Below are positions 7,850 to 15,559 of a stretch of 44,320 nt of DNA, piece after piece. The translations under genes and the position numbers were made by a program. Under the pieces are notes generated by a model. The model saw only the letters and a program-made list of their open reading frames with translations, did no database searches and had not been told where the DNA came from. Location: the NCBI GenBank assembly GCA_046756745.1, contig JBHHWX010000001.1:1-44320 (forward strand). The letters run 5' to 3'. Source of the DNA: a bacterium (GTDB taxonomy: Bacteria > Zhuqueibacterota > Zhuqueibacteria > Oceanimicrobiales > Oceanimicrobiaceae). Positions within the stretch are counted from its first letter, which is position 1, and every line of letters begins with the position of its first letter.

Positions 7850-10296
7850 TTGGACCAGCCACAATGATAACACATAACACAGCCGGTTTCGTGAGTGACC
7901 GAAGAACCGCAATCCGGGCAGGTCGTCATTTGTGCAAGGCCGTTGGAAGACAGCTCCGCTCCATTCCGACTGGTATCCTCGGGTTTGCTTGTGCTTTTTT
8001 CTATTGCCGCCACCTCTTTTTCGACAGATTTTGTAATAAACCCCTTTCTGATTAAATGGCGTTCCAAAGCCTTGCCGATGGCGTCAGGTGTGGATAAAAT
8101 CAGCTCGCCATTTTCCCAAACAGGCGACGGTCCTGATATACCTTTGAGCTGTTTGACGATTTCTTTGGGATCGATATTCGCTCTCAGCGCCAGCGAAATA
8201 AGGCGGCTGATGGCTTCGGTTTGTGCTGGGGCGTTGCCGCCGGCTTTGCCGATATTCGAAAAGACCTCGCACGGGCCGCCCTCGTCTTCATTGATCGTGA
8301 CATAAAGATTGCCCTCCCCGGTGCGAATCCGTTCGGTGATTCCGGTTGTAATTTTCGGTCGCGTTCTAGGATGAAAACCGCTGTTGTCGACTTGCGCCTT
8401 ATTAAATTTATCCGTCTGCAGGATTCCCTCCCGGCTTCCTTCCCGGTAAACGGTGATGCCCTTCAAACCGGCTTTGTAGGCGGTTATGTAAATGTCCGAG
8501 ACCGTCTTGACGTCGGTGTCTTCCGGCAGATTGACCGTCGATGAAACGCTGCTATCGACGTATTTTTGAATCACCCCCTGCATTTTAACACGAAAGTACG
8601 GATCGATGTCATACGCCGTAACCACATACTCCGGTAAGTTCTCATCATCTCCGAAATTTCTTGTTATTAAGGGATGATAAACTTTATACTCCCGGAAGGA
8701 CTCGCCGTCGTCATTTTTGACTCTCCGGGTGTAACTGGTGCAAAAGATCGGCTCAATTCCGGAGCTGGTTTCGGCCACGATTGAGCCGGTGCCCACCGGA
8801 GGAACCGTAATCAACGTGCTGTTTCGGATGCCATATTTTTTGATATCGTCTCGTAAGGACTTGGGCAGCGATTTAACGAATGCGCTCCGGCTGTAACCCT
8901 GCCAGTTGAAGAGGGGAAAGGCGCCTTTTTCTTTCGCGAGCTCTACCGACGTTTTGTAGCAGACATCCCGGATCGTTTTCATAATTTTCTCTGACACCTT
9001 CAAGGCCTCTTCGGAATCGTATTTGATTTTCATCAGCACAAGCGCATCCCCCAGACCGGTAATCCCGACGCCGACGCGACGGTCCGAAGCGACCGCTTCT
9101 CTGATTTTGTCGGAGGCGTGGTAGGGCATGTTATAGTCGATCACGTTATCCATAAACCGGGTTGCGGTTTGCGTGCATTCACTCAATTCTTCGTAATCAA
9201 AACTGCCGTCGGGCTTCACAAACGGCACCAAATTGAGATTGCCGAGATTGCAGGCGGTAAAGGCCGCTAACGGTTGTTCCCCACAAGGATTGGTGCTCGA
9301 GAGCGTGTTGGCGTATTCAACGTTGTGATAGTCGCGCATGGTATCCCAAAAGATGATACCCGGTTCGGCCGAAGCGTGGGCGTTTTCGATAATTTTGTTC
9401 CATAAATCTTTGGCGCGAACGGTTTTATAAATTTTCACCGGCTGGTGAGCTTTCTGACCGGGAATGCACGGCCATTTCAACTCGAATTCCCGGTCGTTTA
9501 TCAAAGCCTGCATGAATTCATGAGTCAGCAAAACGCTGATGTTTGCATGTTTGACTTTGTTGCGACTCGAATCGTTTTTTATGGTGATGAAGTTCTCAAT
9601 ATCAGGATGATCCACGCGGATGGTCAGCATGAGAGCCCCCCGCCGGCCTGCTTGTGAAACCGTATTTGTACTTTCACTGAGGAGGTTCATAAAGGCTGTC
9701 GCTCCCGGGGAGCTGTCAACGGTTGCATTTACCGGAGCGCCGGCGGGCCGCAGGATCGATAAATCTGTGCCCACGCCGCCGCCTGTCCGGTAGACCATAG
9801 CGGACTCTGTGAGGCAACGGTAAATCCCCTCTAAACTATCCTTTTCAATCGGAATCACATAACAGTTGGAGAGGGTCGGCCGGCGTTTTGCATCTACGCG
9901 GCCTGCGCCGTGCATCACGCGCCCCCCGGGCAAAAACTTATAATTGAATAAAACGGTAAAGTATTTTTTAAACCAATAGTCCGAATCTTTTTCGACCGAC
10001 GACATGGCTTTCGCGATGCGGTACCAAAGATGCAAAGGTCCGGTTTCTCCCGGCGCTAAATATTTTGCTTTCAGGACATCGCACGCCAGTTTATTCTTGG
10101 GATAATAGGCGGCGGAATCGCTGGCTATTTTTACCTGCGCTTTATCAAATTTATCCTTGAAATCGTTTTGTATGAGCTTGATAAGCTCTGCGCCATCCAA
10201 AATAATAGGACGCCCGTTCGAACTGCTTTTTTCGGTACTCTCGGTGCTGTCGCCGGATGTTAAACTCCCGGCACCAGATTGACTGGTTACTTCCAT
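7843..10296 (-). CDS. nrdJ: Ribonucleoside-diphosphate/triphosphate reductase, class II (adenosylcobalamin-dependent)
   Basis: 817 aa with the NPCGEQPL active-site loop, SSTVNLP, and a C-terminal Cys-rich tail (CPDCGS...CVMCYHCGWSKC) typical of class II RNR. Confidence 0.92.
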   Translation of the reverse strand: MEVTSQSGAGSLTSGDSTESTEKSSSNGRPIILDGAELIKLIQNDFKDKFDKAQVKIASDSAAYYPKNKLACDVLKAKYLAPGETGPLHLWYRIAKAMSSVEKDSDYWFKKYFTVLFNYKFLPGGRVMHGAGRVDAKRRPTLSNCYVIPIEKDSLEGIYRCLTESAMVYRTGGGVGTDLSILRPAGAPVNATVDSSPGATAFMNLLSESTNTVSQAGRRGALMLTIRVDHPDIENFITIKNDSSRNKVKHANISVLLTHEFMQALINDREFELKWPCIPGQKAHQPVKIYKTVRAKDLWNKIIENAHASAEPGIIFWDTMRDYHNVEYANTLSSTNPCGEQPLAAFTACNLGNLNLVPFVKPDGSFDYEELSECTQTATRFMDNVIDYNMPYHASDKIREAVASDRRVGVGITGLGDALVLMKIKYDSEEALKVSEKIMKTIRDVCYKTSVELAKEKGAFPLFNWQGYSRSAFVKSLPKSLRDDIKKYGIRNSTLITVPPVGTGSIVAETSSGIEPIFCTSYTRRVKNDDGESFREYKVYHPLITRNFGDDENLPEYVVTAYDIDPYFRVKMQGVIQKYVDSSVSSTVNLPEDTDVKTVSDIYITAYKAGLKGITVYREGSREGILQTDKFNKAQVDNSGFHPRTRPKITTGITERIRTGEGNLYVTINEDEGGPCEVFSNIGKAGGNAPAQTEAISRLISLALRANIDPKEIVKQLKGISGPSPVWENGELILSTPDAIGKALERHLIRKGFITKSVEKEVAAIEKSTSKPEDTSRNGAELSSNGLAQMTTCPDCGSSVTHETGCVMCYHCGWSKC

Positions 10297-10347
10297 GGCG
10301 GTCTCCCGAATTTAATAACATCTTATTAAAGTAAAATTCCGAGGATT

Positions 10348-10376
10348 ATAATACAACATTACAAAATAAATGTCAA
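10348..10376 (-). promoter_or_regulatory. Candidate sigma70 promoter of nrdJ
   Basis: On the minus strand, TTGACA (10376-10371), a 17-nt spacer, then TATTAT (10353-10348). It lies about 50 nt upstream of the ATG; the RBS is GGGAGA. Confidence 0.55.
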
Positions 10377-10384
10377 GTTAAAAA

Positions 10385-10431
10385 TACAAAATATAGTACT
10401 TTTTGTAAACATAACACACTATAGATGGTGT
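10385..10431. promoter_or_regulatory. Two NrdR-box-like palindromes upstream of nrdJ
   Basis: ACACTATAGATGGTGT (10416-10431) is close to the NrdR-box consensus acaCwAtATaTwGtgt. A weaker box, tACAAAATATAGTAct (10385-10400), sits about 30 bp away and abuts the -35. Confidence 0.5.
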
Positions 10432-10473
10432 TTTTGCGGATAATGTGGCTTCCGGTCAGGTTCTAAAAATACC

Positions 10474-10502
10474 TTGACTCAGGGTGAAATTATATTTATA
10501 TT
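10474..10502 (+). promoter_or_regulatory. Candidate sigma70 promoter of ribD
   Basis: TTGACT (10474-10479), 17-nt spacer, TATATT (10497-10502). It is divergent from the nrdJ promoter. Confidence 0.45.
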
Positions 10503-10560
10503 AATTGTTTGTTTTTAATATAGATTGGCACTGATTTATAGTATCTATTCAGCCTTTAGA

Positions 10561-10645
10561 CTGGAGTGCAACGCTTTAGCGTTGCAGTTTTCATCGAAAC
10601 AGAGCAAAACTAAAGTTTTGCACTCCGAAGCTTCTCACGCCTGAA
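10561..10645. repeat. Double-hairpin intergenic repeat, family 1, copy 2 (inverted)
   Basis: Reverse complement of 1508-1590, with the same two hairpins (GCAACGC/GCGTTGC and GTGCAAAAC/GTTTTGCAC). It lies within the putative ribD 5' leader. Confidence 0.85.
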
Positions 10646-10672
10646 TAGTTACGATTTATAAGGCGTTGAAAG

Positions 10673-11764
10673 GTGACTGACGAGGAATTGATGCAGCGCA
10701 CGCTCAAACTTGCGGCAAAAGGACGGGGACGAGTCAGTCCCAACCCGATGGTCGGAGCGCTTGTGGTCAAAGATCAAAAGATTATCGCGCGCGGTTATCA
10801 TTCCTATTTCGGGGGCCCGCATGCGGAAGTTGTCGCGTTCAGCAATTCACGAGCCGGCGTTAGAGGGGGAACCTTGTATGTGAATCTCGAACCCTGTTCC
10901 CACTATGGAAAACAGCCGCCGTGTAGCGAGAGGATTGTCGAGGTTGGAATCAAGCGAGTCGTGATCGGAACGCCGGATCCGAACCCATTGGTCAATGGCA
11001 AGGGTATTCGATATCTGCGCGAACAAGGCATCGAGGTCGAGACCGGGGTTTTGGAGGAACGCTGTCAAGAGCTCAACCGTTCGTTTTTTAAGCACGTCGC
11101 CACTGGACAGCCTTTTGTCACGTTAAAAATTGCGCAGACTATCGACGGCAAGATCGCCGCTCGCAACGGTCAGCCCGAGTGGATCACCTCTTCTGCTTCT
11201 CTAAAAGTCGTTCATAAAATGCGGGCGGAAAATGACGCCGTATTAGTCGGGATCGGAACCGTGTTAGCAGACGATCCGCAGCTCACGGTGCGGCTGGTTC
11301 GAGGCCAGAATCCGAAGCGGATCGTGGTAGATAGCCAATTGAGAATACCTCTGGAGTCCACTTTATTAACGGATGAATTCGTTTCCAAAACCATAGTCGC
11401 AACGACTGAACTGCCTTCGAAGGAAAAAGCAAAGCACATTGAACAGCGCGGCGCATCGGTTTGGCGTGTGCAAAAGAACGCCGCCGGTCGCGTGGATTTG
11501 GAAGCCTTATTGACTAAAATAGGACAAGAGGGGATCACGTCTTTGTTAGTCGAAGGCGGCAGCGAGATTTATTCCTCATTTTTGAAAGCAAAGCTTGTGG
11601 ACCGGGTGGCCATTTTTATCGCTCCCAAAATATTGGGGGAGGGCGTCAGCGCGATTCAAGACCTCGGAATCAGCAGCGTTGCCAATAGCCTTCTACTCAG
11701 AGATTTTCAGAAAAAACGAGTGGGCCCGGATATTTTGCTCACGGGCAATTTGTTACTCAGTTGA
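10673..11764 (+). CDS. ribD: Bifunctional riboflavin biosynthesis deaminase/reductase
   Basis: Cytidine-deaminase zinc motif HAEV...PCSHYGKQPPC plus a C-terminal reductase domain. GTG start; 363 aa. Confidence 0.92.
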   Translation: MTDEELMQRTLKLAAKGRGRVSPNPMVGALVVKDQKIIARGYHSYFGGPHAEVVAFSNSRAGVRGGTLYVNLEPCSHYGKQPPCSERIVEVGIKRVVIGTPDPNPLVNGKGIRYLREQGIEVETGVLEERCQELNRSFFKHVATGQPFVTLKIAQTIDGKIAARNGQPEWITSSASLKVVHKMRAENDAVLVGIGTVLADDPQLTVRLVRGQNPKRIVVDSQLRIPLESTLLTDEFVSKTIVATTELPSKEKAKHIEQRGASVWRVQKNAAGRVDLEALLTKIGQEGITSLLVEGGSEIYSSFLKAKLVDRVAIFIAPKILGEGVSAIQDLGISSVANSLLLRDFQKKRVGPDILLTGNLLLS

Positions 11765-12108
11765 CTGTTTCTCTTTGACGGGTACGCTCAGCACAATTCT
11801 ATCTTGCTGCAAAGGAACAAATAATAGGCACTATATCGTTTTGTGTGTGTAAACATTTTAGAAAAAAATAAACCAGGGATTCACCCGCAAGATAAGAGTT
11901 AGGCCGAACAAACACTAGTACGCGAAGGAAGATACCGTAACTGTTTTTTTGGGGAATTCGCGTCCGCATTGTTCAAATCAAGTTCATTTAAAATTCGAAA
12001 ATTAGGCATGCAAACAGTGAGATTTGTGCGACATAAGAAAACTGCAAAGGTTAAAAATAGTTGAATTAATTTGAAATCGTTGTTATATTACTTTTCACTA
12101 GTGTCCGG

Positions 12109-12345
12109 TTAAAAGTTGAATAAATTCAATTGTTTAGAAGAATCAACAGTCAAGTTTAGATTTGGGTTTCTCGTAACCATTTGTAAAATATCAACTTCAT
12201 CAAAGGTTGACGTTCCGAGAATATCCAAAAAAGTGTAAAGTGAAATGTCCAGCTTCATCCGTTCTCTCAGGATGGCCGAGAGGACGTAGACGCAGATGGC
12301 GATCCAAATTTGTGTTTTCACAGCGTTTTCCGAAGTTGGTGGCGA
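12109..12345 (-). pseudogene. C-terminal fragment of an IS4-family DDE transposase (relic)
   Basis: The translation ...[23 protein letters not shown]...SLYTFLDIL... matches the conserved C-terminal block of IS4-family transposases as I remember it. There is no room for the catalytic N-terminal 250+ aa because ribE starts at 12454. The flanks are AT-rich. Confidence 0.6.
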
Positions 12346-12453
12346 GCATTTGGGAGACAGAGGTTTGGGTCGCAGACGCTCCTACACATCTCATTCACTT
12401 CGACGGCGAGAGATTTCTTGGGCCTTACGAGGAGTAAAAAGGACTATCAGCTA

Positions 12454-13092
12454 ATGTTCACTGGAATAATTGCAGAAATCGGGAGGGTTGGTGACTGTTT
12501 TACCAGACAGGGTGCGCTGCAGCTTACCATTGCGGCCTCTGAGGTTGCAGACGATTTGCAGGTTGATGACAGTATTTCGGTCAGCGGCGTCTGCTTAACG
12601 GTCATCGAACGCGCCAACGGGCAGTTCAAAGTCGAAGCGGTTTCGGAAACGCTTCAGAAAACAAAGCTGGGAGATGTGTCGAAAGGAAGCGCTGTGAATC
12701 TGGAACCGGCCTTACGGTTTTCCGATAGAATAGGCGGGCATTTGGTACAAGGCCATGTCGATGGGGTCGGGCAGGTGACCGGAGTACAGCCCCAGGAAGG
12801 AGGGAGGTTGCTGAAAATTAAAATTCCCGAATGTTTGCTGAAATATGTCATTTCCGAGGGTTCGATTGCACTCGACGGCGTCAGCTTGACCGTGGCGCGG
12901 CTTTATGAAAATGAAATCACCATTTCGCTCATTCCGCACACGCTGCAGAAAACGACGCTGGCGGATTTAAAAGTTGGGAATAAAGTCAATATCGAAGTTG
13001 ATTTGATCGGGAAATATATTGAAAGCCTGATGTTAAAGGGAAAGAAAGACGGGCTGACATTTGAAAAATTACAAAAAATGGGTTACGAATAA
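12454..13092 (+). CDS. ribE: Riboflavin synthase alpha chain
   Basis: [13 protein letters not shown]-terminus and a duplicated lumazine-binding repeat ([12 protein letters not shown]). ATG 12454 is preferred over the ORF-track start 12310, whose extension runs through the IS relic. Confidence 0.9.
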   Translation: MFTGIIAEIGRVGDCFTRQGALQLTIAASEVADDLQVDDSISVSGVCLTVIERANGQFKVEAVSETLQKTKLGDVSKGSAVNLEPALRFSDRIGGHLVQGHVDGVGQVTGVQPQEGGRLLKIKIPECLLKYVISEGSIALDGVSLTVARLYENEITISLIPHTLQKTTLADLKVGNKVNIEVDLIGKYIESLMLKGKKDGLTFEKLQKMGYE

Positions 13093-13093
13093 A

Positions 13094-14368
13094 ATGCCAA
13101 CAGAACAAAGTCACGTATTTGATAAAATAGAAGATGCGATTGCAGAGTTTCGTCAGGGTAAAGTCCTGATCGTTGTCGATGATGAAGATCGTGAGAACGA
13201 AGGCGATTTTATCGTTTCAGCTTCCCTGGTGACCCCTGAGAAGATCAACTTTCTGGCGACCCACGGCCGGGGCTTAATCTGCGTTCCGATGACTGGAGAG
13301 CGGGTGGACCAGCTTGATCTGCATCCGATGGTCAACCGGAACACGGAGAAACTGAGCACCTATTTTACGGTTTCCGTGGACGCCAAAAAGAATACCACGA
13401 CCGGCATATCCGCTTTCGATAGATTCGAAACCGTCAAAGCCCTCATCGATCCCCAAACGAAACCCGATGACTTAGCACGTCCCGGGCATATTTTCCCGCT
13501 TCGCGCTCGCGAGGGCGGTGTGCTGGTGAGAGCCGGACACACGGAGTCGGTTGTGGATCTCGCTAAGATGGCCGGATTGCACCCGGCCGGGGTGCTGTGT
13601 GAAATCATGGATGACGACGGAAGAATGGCGCGCGTTCCGAAACTTTTTGAAATCGCACGTAAGTTTGAGCTGAAGATCATCACGATCAAAGATCTTATCG
13701 AATACCGTCGTCACAACGAAATCATCGTACAGAAAGAAGTGACGACAAAATTGCCTACAGAGTACGGGTTTTTTACTCTCTACCTCTACAGCAGTAAATA
13801 TGACAACCAGCATCATTTAGCGCTTGTTAAAGGAGAAGTGGGGGACGGGAGTCCCACTCTCGTGCGTGTGCATTCCCAATGCCTCACAGGCGATATTTTA
13901 GGGTCATTACGCTGTGACTGTGGCCAACAATTGCGAGAAGCCATGCGAATGATCGATCAGGAGGGCAAAGGAGTCGTTTTATACATGCGGCAAGAGGGGA
14001 GAGGTATTGGCTTGGAAAACAAAATCAAGGCATACGAGCTGCAAGACCAAGGAAAAGACACTGTTGAAGCAAATGAAGCTTTGGGGTTTAAGGCGGATTT
14101 GCGTCATTATGGGGTAGGCGCTCAAATTCTACACGACTTGGGCATTCGAAAATTGCGCTTACTCACGAATAATCCGAAAAAAATCGTCGGTATCTCCGGG
14201 TATGGTTTGGAAGTTGTTGAACGCGTTAAAATCGAAATTCCGCCCAATAAGGTCAATTCAAAATACCTGGCGACAAAACGCGACAAATTAGGCCACATGC
14301 TGAGCTTTGTTGACGATGAGTCTGGCAATCATAACAAAGATGAAGAGCGCGTCGAATCCGCTCACTAA
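13094..14368 (+). CDS. ribBA: Bifunctional 3,4-dihydroxy-2-butanone-4-phosphate synthase / GTP cyclohydrolase II
   Basis: DHBP synthase block ([11 protein letters not shown]) and GCH-II block ([25 protein letters not shown]). ATG 13094 lies 1 nt after the ribE stop. Confidence 0.93.
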   Translation: MPTEQSHVFDKIEDAIAEFRQGKVLIVVDDEDRENEGDFIVSASLVTPEKINFLATHGRGLICVPMTGERVDQLDLHPMVNRNTEKLSTYFTVSVDAKKNTTTGISAFDRFETVKALIDPQTKPDDLARPGHIFPLRAREGGVLVRAGHTESVVDLAKMAGLHPAGVLCEIMDDDGRMARVPKLFEIARKFELKIITIKDLIEYRRHNEIIVQKEVTTKLPTEYGFFTLYLYSSKYDNQHHLALVKGEVGDGSPTLVRVHSQCLTGDILGSLRCDCGQQLREAMRMIDQEGKGVVLYMRQEGRGIGLENKIKAYELQDQGKDTVEANEALGFKADLRHYGVGAQILHDLGIRKLRLLTNNPKKIVGISGYGLEVVERVKIEIPPNKVNSKYLATKRDKLGHMLSFVDDESGNHNKDEERVESAH

Positions 14369-14396
14369 TTTAACCTGAACTATTCATAAAAAAATT

Positions 14397-14535
14397 TAAC
14401 GCAGAGTTCGCCAAGCACGCTGAGTTACGCAGAGAAAATCTTAAACATCTAATATTATGAGAGTTAGGCGTTGACATGGAAGACTTCTGGAAGGCAAATC
14501 ACCGCTCTCTGCGTCCTTTGCGTTCTCTGCGTTTA
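14397..14535. repeat. Inverted-arm cassette (acgcagag arms)
   Basis: The left arm taacgcagagttcgccaagcacgctgagttacgcagag (14397-14434) is an imperfect inverted repeat of ctctctgcgtcctttgcgttctctgcgttta (14505-14535). The 70-nt core contains TTGACA (14471-14476). Confidence 0.6.
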
Positions 14536-14644
14536 GAACTTGATTTTTCGTCGATAACTGCGTAACATGTTATATATTAATACGTTAGGGTTTACTCCAA
14601 CAGATCTTGTGAATAATCCAGGTTAAGATAGATAGAGGAGGGAA

Positions 14645-15116
14645 ATGGGAAAAATATTCGAAGGCCAGCTTTCCGCAAAAGGGAGAAGGTTTGCAATTGT
14701 TGTCGGACGTTTTAATAGTCTCATCTCGAAACAGCTTTTAGAGGGCGCGATCGATTGCCTGAAACGACACGGGGCCAAAGAGACGGATATTGACGTTGCT
14801 TGGGTTCCCGGTTCGTTTGAGCTGCCTCTGGGCGCGCAAAAAAATGGCTGGCTCAAAGAACTACTCCAGCGTGATTTGTTTAGGCGTTTTGATCCGGGGA
14901 CACACGCCCCATTTCGATTTTATTGCTGCGGAGGCGACCAAGGGAATTGCACAAGTCGCTTTTGACAGCGGCATTCCCACAACCTACGGTTTGATAACAG
15001 CAGACACCCTGGAGCAGGCCCTGGAACGCGGCGGTTCAAAAGCAGGTAACAAGGGATGGGAAGCAGCTCTGGCAGCAGTTGAGATGACCGACCTTTTTCA
15101 ACAATTGTCAAAATGA
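14645..15116 (+). pseudogene. ribH: 6,7-dimethyl-8-ribityllumazine synthase, interrupted by a 1-nt frameshift in an A7 run
   Basis: ORF 14645-14965 encodes the N-terminal half (FAIVVGRFN...[19 protein letters not shown]). ORF 14790-15116, in another frame, encodes the rest ([36 protein letters not shown]...KAGNKG...). The frames join exactly at AAAAAAA (14838-14844). With six A's the sequence reads as one ORF of about 156 aa. Confidence 0.85.
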
Positions 15117-15274
15117 ACTAACTTGTATAATTCATAGCCACCAAGACACGAAGACTCAAAGGATTCACAAAGTTTTCATTTATTATGAGTTCAGAACTCA
15201 ACATATGAGATTAGTTTCGCAATTCAAAAGTTTACACTTTTTCGGTTTTCATTTTTATGCAAAATATTTTTCAA

Positions 15275-15474
15275 GCCACTGATTGACACGGATTAAACAC
15301 TGATAAAAACAAAGTTTAAAAATTAAAGATTTTTTCTCAAATTTATTATTTTGCCAAAAAATCATTTTGCCTATAATCTTTAGACTGAATACTAAACTGC
15401 TTTTTTATTATACAACTTCAATAAACGGGCTTAATTTGTATTTTTATCCGTGTCAAACAGTGTTAATCAGTGGC
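15275..15474. repeat. Inverted-arm cassette (gccactgatt arms) around an AT-rich core
   Basis: The arms are gccactgattgacacggattaaacactgataaaaa (15275-15309) and tttttatccgtgtcaaacagtgttaatcagtggc (15441-15474), with inverted and partly shuffled modules. The core contains TTGCCA-N15-TATAAT (15351-15377). Confidence 0.6.
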
Positions 15475-15559
15475 TGAATATTTTTTTTGTAATAGAGTCC
15501 TTTTTGGTTGCGGCTTCGCCGCGCTAGGAATAATCCAGGCTAAAAAAGATAAATATTTG

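Noticed and set aside
10480-10492. cagggtgaaatt upstream of ribD resembles the GGGCAGGGTGAAATTCC core segment of the FMN riboswitch.
   Set aside because: None of the other conserved RFN segments (accggcggt, agcccgcgagc, ccgacggt..agtccggatg) follow it. The match overlaps the putative promoter spacer and is most likely coincidental.
12200-12453. ORFs 12207-12437 (plus), 12200-12394 (minus), and the first 48 codons of ORF 12310-13092.
   Set aside because: They overlap the transposase relic and each other. ribE has a canonical MFTGII start at 12454.
15470-15559. Long N-terminal extension of the propeller-repeat protein (ORF-track start 15470).
   Set aside because: The extension is encoded by the right arm of the repeat cassette. 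The internal ATG at 15560 gives a canonical signal peptide.
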